A stretch of DNA of 61,472 nucleotides, the filler included, from Sluysia triapertura (Eukaryota), in the NCBI GenBank assembly GCA_046118255.1. It is 5 parts of 5 records of this genome, joined end to end, with 100 filler letters (N's around TTAATTAATTAA, not from the genome) between each part and the next. Parts side by side here need not be neighbours in the genome. Positions count along the whole stretch, not along the records: positions 1 to 11,368 come from JBJNIA010185502.1; positions 11,469 to 25,401 come from JBJNIA010013757.1; 3 more parts are not named here. One strand, written 5' to 3'. The notes beneath the pieces were generated by a model that saw only the letters and a list, made by a program, of their open reading frames with translations, made no database searches and was not told the DNA's origin. Position numbers and translations under genes: made by a program. The number at the start of each line of letters is the position of its first letter. Position 1 is the first letter of the stretch. Shown one piece after another: positions 1 through 13,830 of this stretch.

Positions 1-529
1 TTACAATTAATATGTATAGAACATCATGTTTATATGAATTAATATTTTCAGATTGATATAGTTAATTTTATGCACAATATAATTATTTTATTATAATTAT
101 ATAATAAAATTTTATATTATTTTATAATTTTATATTATTTTATTTATGTATAATTTAAGATGATTTTAATCAATGATAATGCTTTTAAATTTTGTTTACA
201 AGTAACTTTTATCTATTTTATCTAATCTTTAATTTAATGTCAATTGTGAATATATCAATGTGTGTTGTACCTAAAAATAAATTTATATTATAAAATACAT
301 TTCTAAAAATAACTTCTATTTAATTAATATTTAATATAATGATCGATTTTTTTTGTATTATTATTATTAAAAACTAATTTCTAAACTGAAAAAATAAAAT
401 AATTTAAATAAAAATCGAAATAATTCTATTCTTCATCTTTGCTTTATTCTTTATATAAGTCAAGGTCGTTCAAATATATATATTCATAACATTCATTCTT
501 AAAAACACACAATTTGAAATTCTGCTTAG

Positions 530-1060
530 AAGTTTTATCTGCTTATACAAATTCGGAATTTATCCTTACTTAGAAGTTTTTGTTTTCGTTAGTTTAATAT
601 TGCTAAGTTTACTTTTTTAATAGAAGTTTGTAAAATAAAGCTTAACTTATTTTTAAAGAAATTTATTGACACCTCTTTTTAATAGGAGTGCCAAATGACC
701 TTGAACTAAAACAGGTATCTAAATACACAACATTTCACACAAACCTTCACAAAATATTTTTACTTCAGTAGCGATAAATGGAATACGTTTCTCCTCGGAA
801 ACAAGACATACTTTTTTGAATAATCCGTTAGTCAATTCATTTTAAGTTCGCAAGTTTAAGTTGTTGTATATTCTTACGTAAAATCCTTTCATTTGTTTAA
901 ATTGTCTTTCAACCGTTTAAAGGATTCAAGCAAAATCATTTAAAACTTGAATTTTTATAAAAAAATTAATTACTTTTAAGTTTTTATTTTTTGCAAAATT
1001 TATATCCTTATTTTATATAACTCTATAAATTTGGTACATTTTGTCTTAATATAAGTTAAA
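530..1060 (+). repeat. Possible highly diverged family A copy
   Basis: Hairpins GACAC-CT-N10-GG-A-GTGCC (~668) and TCAA-CC-GTTTAAA-GG-A-TTCAA (~909); the 3' tail AAATTTGGTACATTT is shared with 61334. Confidence 0.35.
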
Positions 1061-1287
1061 TTAATTGATTAAATTAATTTGTACGTCAGTATTAAAATTA
1101 TAGTTACAAAGTCATTCGTATTTTGTTAATTTAAATTAAAATTCATTTCTGAAGATCCTATTTAATTGGGATTCTTCTTACATATTTTTAAACTGAATCC
1201 TTGACATTATAGCAATAGTTCTTTAGCTGCTTTGTTGACACTTTAAGTCAAAAAAACCTCCAAATAATTAATTTATACGTCACTTGC

Positions 1288-1330
1288 GTGTTAGCCCTTA
1301 AGTGAGTAAGTCTAACATCGTAAGGAACGT
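1288..1330 (-). repeat. Family B core hairpin, inverted
   Basis: Minus strand reads CTTACGATGTTAGACTTACTCACTTAAGGGCTAAC. Confidence 0.55.
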
Positions 1331-2577
1331 AGACAGATAAATACAATACCAAATCATATACTAAGGTTTGGTGTTTATAAAATTTAATTTCATGCTATCT
1401 TTATTGTCACTTTAAAATGATTATTTACACAATTTCAATTTAAAATTGTTATTTGCTATTAAATTTTGTCACTGTGCAATCTCATTTTAATTTAATATAA
1501 TAGCATCTTGAGAATTTAATAATATTTAATATTATGATCTTGGTAATTTTATAATAATAATTTAAAAATTTCAAAATACAAATAAATGATTTTAAATTTA
1601 TTTTAAAAGGAAAGTTTATGAAAATTTGAAAATAAAAATATGAAAACAAAATTTAGTTTTAGCACAAAATGAGCATTATTTTTAAGGTGAAAAAAATGAT
1701 GGACATTATTTTACAATAAGAACATTCATAATAAAAAAGTAAGAGATTTAAGAATTAATGCACGACTAACAAACAAGGTGTATAACTTGATTCTTTTTTC
1801 AGTTACTCGAATATTAAAACTGGTTTTCAATCTGAGTCGGAAATTCAAATTATAAGAGATGAAGAAAAGTTGAAACATTGCTAAAAAATAAAAACGATCA
1901 AAATAGCAAAAAAGTTCACTGGAATTCTTCAAGAAAAGATGGCAAGTTTTGAAGTAGAAGTTAGTCATGGCCTAACCCGATAAAAATTTTGAAATCTAAA
2001 TCTGTGGAATCTAAGCAAAAATACTCATTAAAATTATTTTGCGCTGATAATTAAAGATTCTCAATTTAACATATTTTATTTGTTTAAAAAAGGAGTGCAA
2101 TCTTTTCGATATCATTTGGAATTGCTTAAGATGATGTTTAGTATTTTATGTCTTAACTTTAATAATATTGTGATACCTTGAAGGCATATAATTGTATTAC
2201 TCTTAAATTTGTGTTTATCTCTACTTTTATCATTATATTTTGCTACTTTTAACATTATATTATCATTACAAAATAATAAAGACAAGTTTTAATATATTTA
2301 CATAAACGTTCTAATAAAAGATGTGATGGCCGAGTTATCTTTGTACGAACAATTGATTTTAAAAACAAATTTTATTAGCGGAATTCAAAATGGACTTAAG
2401 GTCCTTACAAAAAACAAGTGATTTAATTAAGAAGTTAAAATTATAATAAATTATCTTATTATCTTTGAAAATAAAATATAATATACTACAGAGATTGACT
2501 TTGAAAAACAATAAAATGTTGCATAAATGAACCACTTACAAGATTGTAACTTGGAAAAACACACTGCATGAAAGCCT

Positions 2578-3631
2578 TCATATAACACGATGCAGAGCAA
2601 AAGGAAAGGTTTCTACGAACATTCGATTCAGCCTGTATATAATTTGTTGTACGAGTAATATTTCGTGCGCACGAATCGTAAACTTCGTCAGTCGCTCCAT
2701 ACTCATAACCAAACTCATTTTGAATTTTGAAAGCATAAGTCTAAGATGAACAAAGTTCACTATCGTTTTCAAACCTAAACTTGTATCTCATTATTCCTAA
2801 GTCATTAGGAGTTTCACAAAGTCTGCAATTAATGTTTGTACACTTTTGGCATATTGTAGAAACTATGTTTTTTGTTTTGAAGAAAAAACACGTTCATAAA
2901 GTTTCTTTACTATTTACTCTATGATCATGAACGTACTTATTTTTTATATCATGAACAAAATCATACTTGTAAACACTATCCTGATCACTACTATGATGAT
3001 CAACACAAACTCCACCATTACTTTCATCATCATCAAAATTATTATCAAGAAAATCATCTTCATCATAGTCATGAGTCTCTTTTTGATCATAATAATAAAT
3101 AAACATAATAAAAGATTTAAAACAATTTATGTTAGATTCAAAATTCAATATTATAAAAACAGTGATGAAAGAAAAAGCGCATCAATTGACTTGTTTTCGT
3201 AACAATTACAATGTTCTCCCGTTTTTATTACGTTTTTTAAATTTGTAATTAAAAGCACATGGTATATCATCGTTTCATATGGATTTTCTTCATGAAATAG
3301 GCTCGAAACATTAATAACAAAACCACGTCTAAATCCCGAACATAAACTCTAGTTGTGCCTTCCATTTAAAAACATCTGAAAAGACAGTGCAAGCACATTA
3401 CTTTCATCTTCAATTCCTATACAATACAATTCAATAGCCAGTTTTGATCTCAAACTGACATCGATTTCTTTCATTGAACCTTAGTTTCATTGGGTTTTTC
3501 TGTTTGAAAATAGCCTTAAGAAATACAATCACATTTTTAAACTGACAAACTTGTTCGATAAAATGGTTTTGTAAACTAAACTCTAGTATAATATTCATCT
3601 CTTCATAAAAAGCCATCTCGTGATTTTTCAT
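2578..3631 (-). pseudogene. Possible divergent DEDDh-like family member (heavily decayed)
   Basis: Fragments LALSFQMF (cf. VALDCEMV / MFMAFQYA), FKTKNIVS (cf. LYNKILVS) and TIRAHEILLV (cf. ICRARETLRL) occur in the expected order across several broken frames. Confidence 0.3.
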
Positions 3632-4021
3632 AACAAAAACTTTTTAAAAGTGTTTCAAATCTTTATAAAATAATAATTATAAGAAAAATCAAAAAAATAA
3701 ATCGAAATAGTCATTTGCATAGTCAAATGCAAAAATTATAAAATAAGTCTTAACACTTACTTAACACTAAATAATTTATTTATAGATTTCAAATCGAGAA
3801 AGACAAAAATAATAGACATCAAACAAGCTGAAAATTGAACATATTTACATATAAAACACTAAAAAGGCATAATCATGTACAAATAAGGGAAATGTGAATA
3901 TATATAAATAAAATTGACGATCCATATAATAATATACAATCCTAATTAGATATGAGTTAAAAACAAGTAAAAATTCAACGATAAATGTTACAACCCAAGC
4001 AATGTATAGTGGAAAATTTAA

Positions 4022-4085
<64 letters not shown>
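4022..4085. repeat. (ATT)n microsatellite
   Basis: Direct reading. Confidence 0.95.
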
Positions 4086-4087
<2 letters not shown>

Positions 4088-4335
4088 TAGAATTATTATC
4101 ATTTTTATAAACAACATTTTACATATTAAATTTTGACAGTTACTGAGATGTAGTTACCAATACAGTTACTGCCAATAAATGACAGCTTTTTAATTATACT
4201 TTTATTTTATTGGCTACAATATTAATCAACTTTTAATACACAATTTAAATAGAAGTAATCACAATACACATTCACAATTTCGTGTTCCATAAAATTTGTC
4301 TAATTTAAAAATCATACTTTGTATTAAACTTTATA

Positions 4336-5268
4336 ATGACAAGATTATCTACAACCTTTAAACAAGAACCAGCAAATAAATTTATAAAACACGATCATGC
4401 ACGCGGTCATAATTATAATCAAGAAATATTTGAAGAAATGATAACAGCGGTGGAAAATGGCCAATATCATTATTATCTGGATCCAAGATTAGCTATATTA
4501 ATTTCTATTACTAATTATGTATATTTTAGCAATGAAATATTTTATCGTACTGACATTCACAGAAAACTTAGACTTCATTTTATGAAATTAGTTATGAATT
4601 TTGAAATAAAAAGTCAAGCTATTTATTTACAAGATTTTGGTTTTTCAAAAAAATGTTTAACTTCATTTACTAAAAAGATATATACATTCAAATTCTATCT
4701 AAATTATTGATGAAAATTGTCGATATTGACGTTACAATCAAAATATATTTTTATCACAATTTTATCAACCAGTTTTAAATTATTATGTTATTACAAACGA
4801 ATGACATTAACCTTTTTCAACGCATCCTGACAATTTATACATGATTGTAAATTACAACCCTCAATATGATATGATTAACACGAATGTTAGATTAATTAGT
4901 ACTCGGTACGACACAATTTATCGATCAACACAAAAACATTTAGCGATACATATTTCAGCTCCATTCATGAAGAACTTCAAATACGATATTTTAAATTTTA
5001 TGCTGATTCCTTATTAGTTCATTTTTATTACTATTTTGATACCTTTAAAGTGTGTCCTACAAAATGTTCAGTGATTTTCAAACATTTTTTGTTTCATGAT
5101 CCACTTTCATATTTTAGTTTAATCATAATACATGTATTATATAATTCGAATAGATGCCATTTAGATTATTTTCGTTGTTCATTATTTTATAAAATTAATT
5201 TAAATTACCGTAATTTAATAAACGATTTTAATAGATATATTTTAATAATTAAAGTTTGTAATTTTTAA
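4336..5268 (+). pseudogene. Decayed intronless ORF, weak DEDDh-like resemblance
   Basis: A 124-aa ORF continues in broken frames. YNPQYDMINTNVRLIST and EELQIRYFKFYADSLLV loosely match KP...I.N and DEVRPQIIGILRNKILV. Confidence 0.2.
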
Positions 5269-6820
5269 TTAAATGAACTTTTAACAAGTAAATCCCTTTT
5301 ATTTCAATTTATATACACCAAATAAATATCATTTTAATATATTTACACCAAAAATTATTTAAAGATTCTTTAGTTAAATTAAGTTTATTAAATTTTGTTT
5401 CAATGTTACTAAAATTGAATTTAGAGATAATACAATTTAGGAATTCTTTAACGTAATTTAAAACGTTAAAAGTATCGAAATTAAGATAAAAATCATTTAA
5501 AGCAGATTTAAAATGATTGCTGACTTAATGCCAGGCTCAACAATAACATAATTTAGAGAAAACAAAAAAATCAATTCTATAAGAGATAGAACAATAGCAA
5601 TAAGGGTAACTGAGAAATAAAATTAACGAACACAGAGGATGATAAAAATGGAACTTAAAAACAATGTGACGCAATGATATAAATGATAATAAGAACAGCG
5701 GCGATAGTAACAATAACAATATAATAACGAAAGCCAAATGACATTAACAATGTAAAAATTATAACATTAATTTTATTATTTATTTTGTTTATGAATTGAA
5801 TGAAGAAATTTGAAGTGGGAGTATTATTGTCGTTGTTATTGTTGAAAGAATTTGTTAATGCGAGAAAGTGTATAAAATGTGAAAGTAAGTATAATTGAGT
5901 TTTTGATTGTATATATGTTTGAGGTTTACGTTTGTTGTGGGGTTAAATACATCATAACTATATATAAAATCTTAATTTAACAATGTAAATTTAAGTAATA
6001 CTAACTATAATATCGCTCATGAAACTACAAATGAAGTTGAAAATAAGTAGAAATTAAAACGCGCATAAGATATTGTTAATTAAACAAAGGTTAAATAATA
6101 AAAAAATTAATGAATATATTAATAATAATGTCCATTAAATGAAAATATAAATTTAATAATAAATAACATTCATGTTTACAATTCTAAAATTAAAAATAAA
6201 TTTACAATTATTTAGCTATTGATTTTAGTAATTAAATTTGATTTGTAATTAGCTTTAATTCAAAGTAAAATTAATAGCCTTAAATTTAGTTTTACATTTT
6301 TGAAAAATAGTACGCAATGATTTTCGCTATGATAGAGTTAGAGTAGCTGAAAGGTCAGGTGTTGAAGGTTTAGGTTTATTAAGATAGTATTTTGAAGTGT
6401 AGAGGTAAGTGTAGAGGTAAGTAGGAATTCAAAAAAGCTTCCAAGAGCCTTTTATTTCGGCTCTGCAGAGAGCGCAACTCAGAAATTTTGCAGTATTACT
6501 GTTAAACAAATCTAGGATACATTTGTGGTCGTAAATATGGCCACAAGAAATTACAACATAATACTTATTTAAACAGTCGTTGCATAAGTTATATAATAAG
6601 GATTGAAAATAGAGCTCACTGGAAAAGTTAACCTATAACAAGTTTTATATTATTTTAACGATCTCCGATCATATGTCAACTGTACAGCTAGGCTGAGCTC
6701 AGTGTACATTATGCATCGGGATTTGAACTTATCAAAATTTATACCAAAATAAAAATAAATACAAAAATGTATATATACAAATGCTTAATGTTTATGTAAA
6801 TATTATTTTATTCTCAGGGA

Positions 6821-7243
6821 CTAAATAAGTATTAGACCAGTAATAGGATGATCAACCGCATTATTTAATGCTCTTATAGTGTCTAATCCAATAATGCATG
6901 ACGTAGGACAGTTTCTAATTACTAAAAATGTCACTGCCAATTTGCTATCCAAAATGTCGACTAAGTTTGTAATTACGCCAACTACACGTAAATCGGGACT
7001 CATGCAATCGACTAGCTGGCCAGCAGGTGATCGAATAAATGGCAAATATGCTATCTGTAGAAATTCAAGACATCTTATTGATAGCGCAGCGGTAGCAATA
7101 AGTGCATGTACTGGAATACTGTTGATTTTTATATTCAGCCATATGTAGAATTTATCGATAATGGGATTTCCTAATGTTAATAACTGCACAGTATCGCTTA
7201 TAGGTAAATTCTTTTCCTGTTTCACGTGGACTTTGATCATCAA
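6821..7243 (-). mobile_element. Degenerate retropepsin (LTR-retrotransposon aspartic protease)
   Basis: IKINSIPVHALIATAA (decayed DTGA) ... VTFLVIRNCPTSCIIGLDTIRAL. Confidence 0.65.
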
Positions 7244-10200
7244 TAAATTGAGATAATAATAGAAACTAGAGTCCAGCTATATTCAATCATTATGGCTGCG
7301 ATTAGGATTTTTATCAACTTTGAAAAGGTATATATTGTTTGGTCTTTTAGGTAAGCCATTTTTGAAGTAGGATTTTTCTTTATTGAGTTTAATGTATTAT
7401 TGCAGTTATAAGGATACCATTTTATAGGAAAAGTTGAATTATTTTCATTGTTGCTATCTTCCATGTACGATTCGTTATCATCATATGAGTCTGTTATTAT
7501 TTATTGTAAGACATCTTAATAAGAGTAATTAAAATTTTCATAAGTTTTATCATTCTTAGAACCAAATCTAAATCCATGAAAATGGATATCCATACTGGTA
7601 TATATGTAGAGATAACTGTTTGGTTCATTCTGGATCTTGAGCTTGGGCACTTGACAAGGGCTAAAATGGTATAATTATTAAAGATATTCTTATAGAGTTC
7701 GATGTAGTTGAAATTTGTAAGTAATTCATGATTCTTTTAACAGTTTCATCGGCTGTGGATATTCATTTATTTTGAGGTAAACATAAAGCTCTCGACAATT
7801 AATTGGTGTTGTCTATAAAATGGTTTCAAGTTGTTTATGGATATATTGTATTCACGATTTGGTCTTATTGTTTGAATTGGACTGTCATTTTTGAATTAGG
7901 TACGTAATTTGTTGTAAAGCTATAATATTCTCTAGAAAAGGTGTGCATATGTTGTTATTCATGTGTTTTCAAAGAAAATGATAGGACTATTTACCTCTCT
8001 AAGAGAATTCGCAACAGATGTTCATATTAATATGACAGAGAAGCATTACTAAAAATATTGAGAACAAAATTTTAATGAATATGAAAAAGAATATACAAAA
8101 CCCATATTAAGAAATTATGAAAAATATTTAAGACATAAGAATTCAAACTAAAAGATAAAGTTACTATTAGATACCCGAGTAATTCAACGACACATCCACA
8201 TAACGGGAAAGTATATTAGAGATAAAATTCGGGGTGAATTGAATATCATTAAAACCAAGAGATAGAGTATGTATTATGAAATGTATAAATCCGAAAAAAT
8301 ATTATCAGTTTAAAATAAATCCCAATGAAATAGAAACACAAATAGCTGAATTAATCAAAGAAAAAAATGCCACATATAAGAGCAGGATCTTTGGTATTCA
8401 TGCAACATAACACGGTATCGGGATACGAAGATGGATTAATAATTCGACGAAATATAATAGATGGTATTACAAATGATAAGATAATAAGTATAATAGAACC
8501 ACGTTTACACACCAAGAAAATTGATTTTTATTATCACCTAGGACTAACTCCATTGGAGAAAATCTATCGAATACTTAGGTATCGAGATTGCCAATTGAAT
8601 AAAGAAATTATCAGAACTAAGCTCGCAACTATGATAACAAATCCCTATAATACTATTGAAAAATGGAGTATTTGGAAAACCAATAGGAGAAGTGATGTAC
8701 ACTTATAAATATAAGAAAGTTACAGTGAAATTACATGATGGTATAGAGTGTACAATGAATTACCCATAGAATATAATAATGAAAAAAGATATGTAGAACC
8801 CGTCACGAGAATTATTGTCCCAAAGGAAAACAAAGCCGAAATATTAATGTAACCGTTATATAAAGTTCATGAAAACTATTGGATATCTTTACCATCAAGA
8901 ATAAGAGTGGAATCCTCACCAGCTTTAAACTTAATTGAATTAAGAAAATAATAAATTTCCATACAGAAAATAACTTCTCATGAAGTGACATGTATCAAAT
9001 ATCTGATATTAAAAAGGCATGGAACGAGTTACTGTTCCCAATCAAAAGGACAAGGATATTAACTGAAAAGGTGTGAACGCTCCTAACTATGAACTACTAC
9101 TAACACAGATCATTTTGAACAAGCGACGAAGCATACATTGTATAAAATTTGAGGAAAGTTTGCAATAATTGGCCAATTCTTCTCAGAATGTAGAATTAAA
9201 GAATAAATTATATACCTCGAAGATAATGGTGGAAGAGGGATTATTCATGTTTCAAGGAAAAGGAAGAAATAGATATGTTTTATGGAATAGATGAATACGG
9301 AGAGTCAGAAGACTTATCACAAAGATCGGAAAAGGCCTTAAGAGGAAATAGAGACCGCTATTAGTACCTTGATGAACTCTCATGAAACAATATATCGATA
9401 CCCGAAATTAAAATATAGATTAAACAAATCAATACAAATATAGCCAATGAAATTGAAGAAAAGAATACATAAATTGTTCAATGATATTGGAAATATAAAA
9501 CGAGATAAGTTTAGGGGAAAACTTATGGGAGTACGAACATGAACTGAAATCCAACAAATAACTAAAAAGCATTTTGGCATTAGAATCACGATAATCCCCC
9601 TATCGGAACATGTGCAATCGATTCTCAATACAACCCGAAGAATTTAAACGCTTTATAGAAATAGAGTACTCAATAGAGATTATGAATCATACTTAATTGA
9701 TTATGGATATCCAATAAATTACATGATGATGAAATTCTAGTTACGGTGGAGATAACGAAAATGATAATTAATGATAATGAATTAGAAAGGCAGGTACAAC
9801 TTGTGAATCGGGATTATTTAACGAAAAATCTAGAGAATTAGAAATAATCATTTTGTGAATTTGGGAATAAATATATTCTATAACTATTCTAACTATTTTG
9901 TAAATAATTATAATCGATTTTTTTAATGTTGTGAATTTTGTTACAATCTTGGACTATAAATACAACCAGTTCACAACTAAACCTCTCAAGGGATAATATG
10001 TTACAACTCGAATTTTGAAATTGAGACAAGGAAACATTGAACACAATTGAACAAATATTCAACAATTCAGAAACATCACAAATCGATTTTTATTATTGGA
10101 TAATTTCAAGAAATTTTGTGAAAATTTAGATACGTCTGAACAGACATTTGATACTTGTAGAAATATTAAAACCTGATTTTATTCATCGGACAATTTTGAG

Positions 10201-10479
10201 GTAAGACTTATTTTCGGTCTTATTTTATTTAATATTATTTATGGTAATTAAAATGAAAATAAATTTTAGTAAGACTAAATGACTAATAAATATTCATTGT
10301 TGTTTTTATTTTTTTTAGAATAAAAAGGAGTTGATACTAGAACCCGTGAAATTAAATTAAACATTTAAATAAAGATAATCATTAAAAGAATTTACAAAGA
10401 CTAGAATTAAGTATTTTCACAAATATTAAAATTTTAATAGAAACCGAATAATAAATTTTAAAGAATCAAAAATTTCAAG

Positions 10480-10740
10480 CACTATTATCTCGAAAAACTG
10501 ATTCGAATTCATACTTCTAGGTAAGATGAATATAACATAAAGCACAAATAATACTTGTAGAATAAAACAATAAGAGTTTATACTGGTAAAAGTTTGCACT
10601 TCTAGTTAAATTCAAGTAGTATTATAAAGTAAGAGTATTTTTAACGAAGTTTTAGATCATTATTAAAGAATAAGAATTTAAATTATTACCAGAAGATCAA
10701 GAGTTCATTATAAACACACACCAATTCTTTAAAACATAAA
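10480..10740 (+). repeat. Interspersed repeat (family C), homologous to 50820-51180
   Basis: Shared blocks TTC(T)AG.TAAATT.AAGT.GTA.TATAAAGTAA and TTTA.ATTATTACCAGA..A...AAGA.TTCATT; lies upstream of a retropepsin here. Confidence 0.5.
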
Positions 10741-10831
10741 TTAATAACTTTAAGAATAATTTTTACACAGCAAAATAAGTTATGAAAATGATTGTCCATA
10801 TAAATCAAACTCCTTTAGCAATTACTTTGAA

Positions 10832-11210
10832 ATGCGGAGAGAAAATGAAATAAAAAGTCAAAGGAGAGATAGGTTTTTACCTCCACGAACAAATGAACAT
10901 TTTTATATGGCCCAAGACAAAGAAAACCATAAAAATGATTCCCTATCAACAGTTAGATTCAATGGAAATAAATATACAGCTTTGATCGACACCGGTGCTA
11001 TGCATTTTATTATTAGTATTCAATTTTTAAATGCAACAATGGTTATGGTAATAACACCACATTTTGGTGTCATAACATTAGGAAAATTGAGATGATAACT
11101 AATAATCGCTGGAAGAACAATTATTTTCACTCCAAAATATTATAAAAGAATCCCCTTATGATATTATAGGAATGGACATCTTAAAGAAATTAGAAGGAGT
11201 AATCATTAAT
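10832..11210 (+). mobile_element. Retropepsin remnant (LTR retrotransposon)
   Basis: VRFNGNKYTALIDTGAMHFII, followed downstream by YDIILGMDILKKLEG; a decayed CxxCxxxG knuckle-like stretch lies near 9930. Confidence 0.75.
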
Positions 11211-11368
11211 TTAAGTCAATTTGAAATAATAGATTTAAAAGAAAAATTACCTGAAAATTATTCTGTAATATTACGAGAAAACGCAACGTTGGCTCCTACA
11301 CTTTCTATAATGGAGAAGTAACTTTAGTATTTGAACCACTAACATATTTAAGTTACAAGTATTCAGTC

Positions 11369-11468
11369 NNNNNNNNNNNNNNNNNNNNNNNNNNNNNNNN
11401 NNNNNNNNNNNNTTAATTAATTAANNNNNNNNNNNNNNNNNNNNNNNNNNNNNNNNNNNNNNNNNNNN
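11369..11468. other. Assembly gap with artificial six-frame stop linker
   Basis: N44-TTAATTAATTAA-N44. Confidence 0.95.
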
Positions 11469-11543
<75 letters not shown>

Positions 11544-11548
11544 CATTA
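11469..11548. repeat. (ATT)n microsatellite at gap edge
   Basis: Direct reading. Confidence 0.95.
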
Positions 11549-12464
11549 CATGATTTATTATTAAAAAATTTAGAATTATTCCGTATTTAATTTTCTTTTT
11601 ATTTATTTATTCATGTTTATAAGTAAATAATTGTTTGTGAAATTTGTTTTTCAAATTTACATCAACTTATGTACAAAAATCAATATATAACAGGTATTCA
11701 TAAATAAACATCTTTTTCTTTTCATATATAAATATTAGGATGCTTTTAGAATTATTCATATTTTGTGCATAAACGTGAATTAAAAATTTGATTTTTTTCA
11801 GTTTTACATTATTAGTTTAAATATAAAGATTTATTATTAACAATATTTTATTTCATTGATATTTTAATTAGATTGTATCATTGCAATTTGTATAACTAAA
11901 TTTAATATAAACTTGCAAAATGTACTAATTATACAGTGTTTATTTAAAAATACCTAAAATTGTTTGCTAATACTTTTTAATATTTTTGAACATATTAAAT
12001 AAATATTCGAAATGTAAAGAAAGATGTAAGAATCAATTTTATGGAAAATGATATTAGTATTAAATTGTTGAGTAATGAATTTTTTGATTCGAGCAAAAAA
12101 CACAATTGAACTGTTGAAAGATGTTTAGTACGAGATTTTCGATAAATTGACATCATAATAGGTCTGGAATGACAACAGAAATTTGTAATAATAAATATTA
12201 TTTTACTGATAATGATGTCAATCACTTTAAGCAATTTTGTTTACATAAAACGAAAGTAAAACCGAACTGATATAGTCATGAGGATTTTACTTCAATTTAT
12301 AAAGGTTCTTGTAGTATAAAGTTAATGCGCGCTCGATATATATATTTACAAAGTTTATATATTTACAAAAACTTTAAAAAAGATAAATTTAAGCAATCAT
12401 TTAGGATGCTTAAATCATTGAAGCTCTATTAAAATTATAATTAAATCTAACGTGTACGAAATCA

Positions 12465-12514
12465 AAATTCATATAAGGCTTGTAAATTCATATAAGGCTT
12501 GTAAATTCGTATAA
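12465..12514 (+). repeat. Short tandem repeat, 19-bp unit
   Basis: AAATTCATATAAGGCTTGT repeated ~2.6 times. Confidence 0.8.
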
Positions 12515-12914
12515 ATTCTACCTGAAACAAAATTAATGTACAAAGGTATTGATTTGTATAGTACTTTATATTGAATCTAAAACATTTCTACATAACATAA
12601 AATAGCGCATATAGTTTAAATCATTTAATCTATTATTCTGAAATGCATTTTAAAATATTCTCTTGTACTTTCACTCTTATCGAAATGCCTTTTATTAATG
12701 TGACTATAAATTCATTTACTGTCTTTTAAAAAATACATTAACTTAATTATTAAATCTTTTAAAACGTCCTGAGTTAGCATTAAATTATAAGAATGCATAC
12801 TGTCTCTCAAAATGTACATTATAATAGTCACTAAAATTTTAAAATGTCTTGATTCTACTTAAAAATATATTATTATAATCACTAAATCTTATAAAATGTC
12901 TCTTGCAAGTTTTT

Positions 12915-13830
12915 CTTACTTAAAGACTTAACTTACAAAATATTTAAGGAGTCGGTTAGCCTAATATATACGATTTATACCACTATTGGAGACGTATTAT
13001 TAGGATTTAATATTTATACTTAATAGAGATTCTCAAACTTACACTTAGTTTAAAACTTTCGTTTACAGACTGTTAGTCAACTTATTAATTAATTTATATT
13101 TTATAATTACTCAACCCGTATTAAGGTGCTGCTTTAAGATTTGATAATATTTTAATAAATTACGCAACCATTTATATGGTGTTGCTTTGAGAAATTTGAG
13201 GTTAAAAAGAAATTACCCAACCAAAAACGTAATTCACTAAGGTTTATTAAACAAATACTTAAGTTAATAGATTACAATTGAAGGTTATAATAGTGATAGT
13301 GATTTTAAATATACGATTCAACCTTAGTTGATCGTAGTATAAATTTAATGTAAAGTTACGCAACTCATTAAGATGTTGCACAAAAATGAAAAAATATTTT
13401 TAGTATATTTTTAGGTGAATCTAAAATTTATAAAAAACTAAATTAATTGTGCATGGACAAGAATGGTAAAATAATTTTTCTGAAAAATTTCCAAGTTATT
13501 CTTCTTTATTGTCAAAAAATTATATCCAAGTTTTCTTAAACATCCACTTTGGAAAATTAATTCATTAATGCAAAATTCTTTATTAATAATTTTATGAAAA
13601 TTTAATTTTTTAAATTTAATAATTTAATAATTAATAAATAATTTTATATTTTAATTTTCTAAATTTTATATTTTATTCTTAAATTTTATTTAATTAAATA
13701 ATTTTGTGATATTTTAATTATAATAGGAATAATATTTAAAATTTATAATATTTACAAAATAATAAAATGATAACGCGATAAAAATATGACACTTTATAAA
13801 ATACAAATAACTTTGACACTATCTTTTGTT
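12915..13830 (+). repeat. Structured interspersed repeat family A, copy 1 (head motif + bulged-hairpin array)
   Basis: GGAGTCGGTTAGCCTAATA...TATTAGG head at 12948-13004; hairpins at 13111, 13164 and 13359; CAACCTTAGTTG at ~13320. Alignable by eye to 19865-20940 and 60725-61350. Confidence 0.8.

Noticed and set aside
2921-3202. Hydrophobic plus-strand ORF
   Set aside because: Antisense shadow of an Asp-rich minus-strand frame.
3845-4117. Poly-Asn ORF
   Set aside because: Produced by the (ATT)n microsatellite.
8000-9900. Gag-like or unknown coding remnant including ORF 8367..8708
   Set aside because: Composition is coding-like, but I cannot identify any motif with confidence.
11413-11424. 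TTAATTAATTAA palindrome repeated at four sites
   Set aside because: Always centred in 100-bp N gaps, so it is an artificial scaffolding linker. The X-containing tail of ORF 50065..50295 is likewise an artefact.
11932-12300. Tc1-like end (TACAGTG...)
   Set aside because: No matching TIR or recognisable transposase motif.
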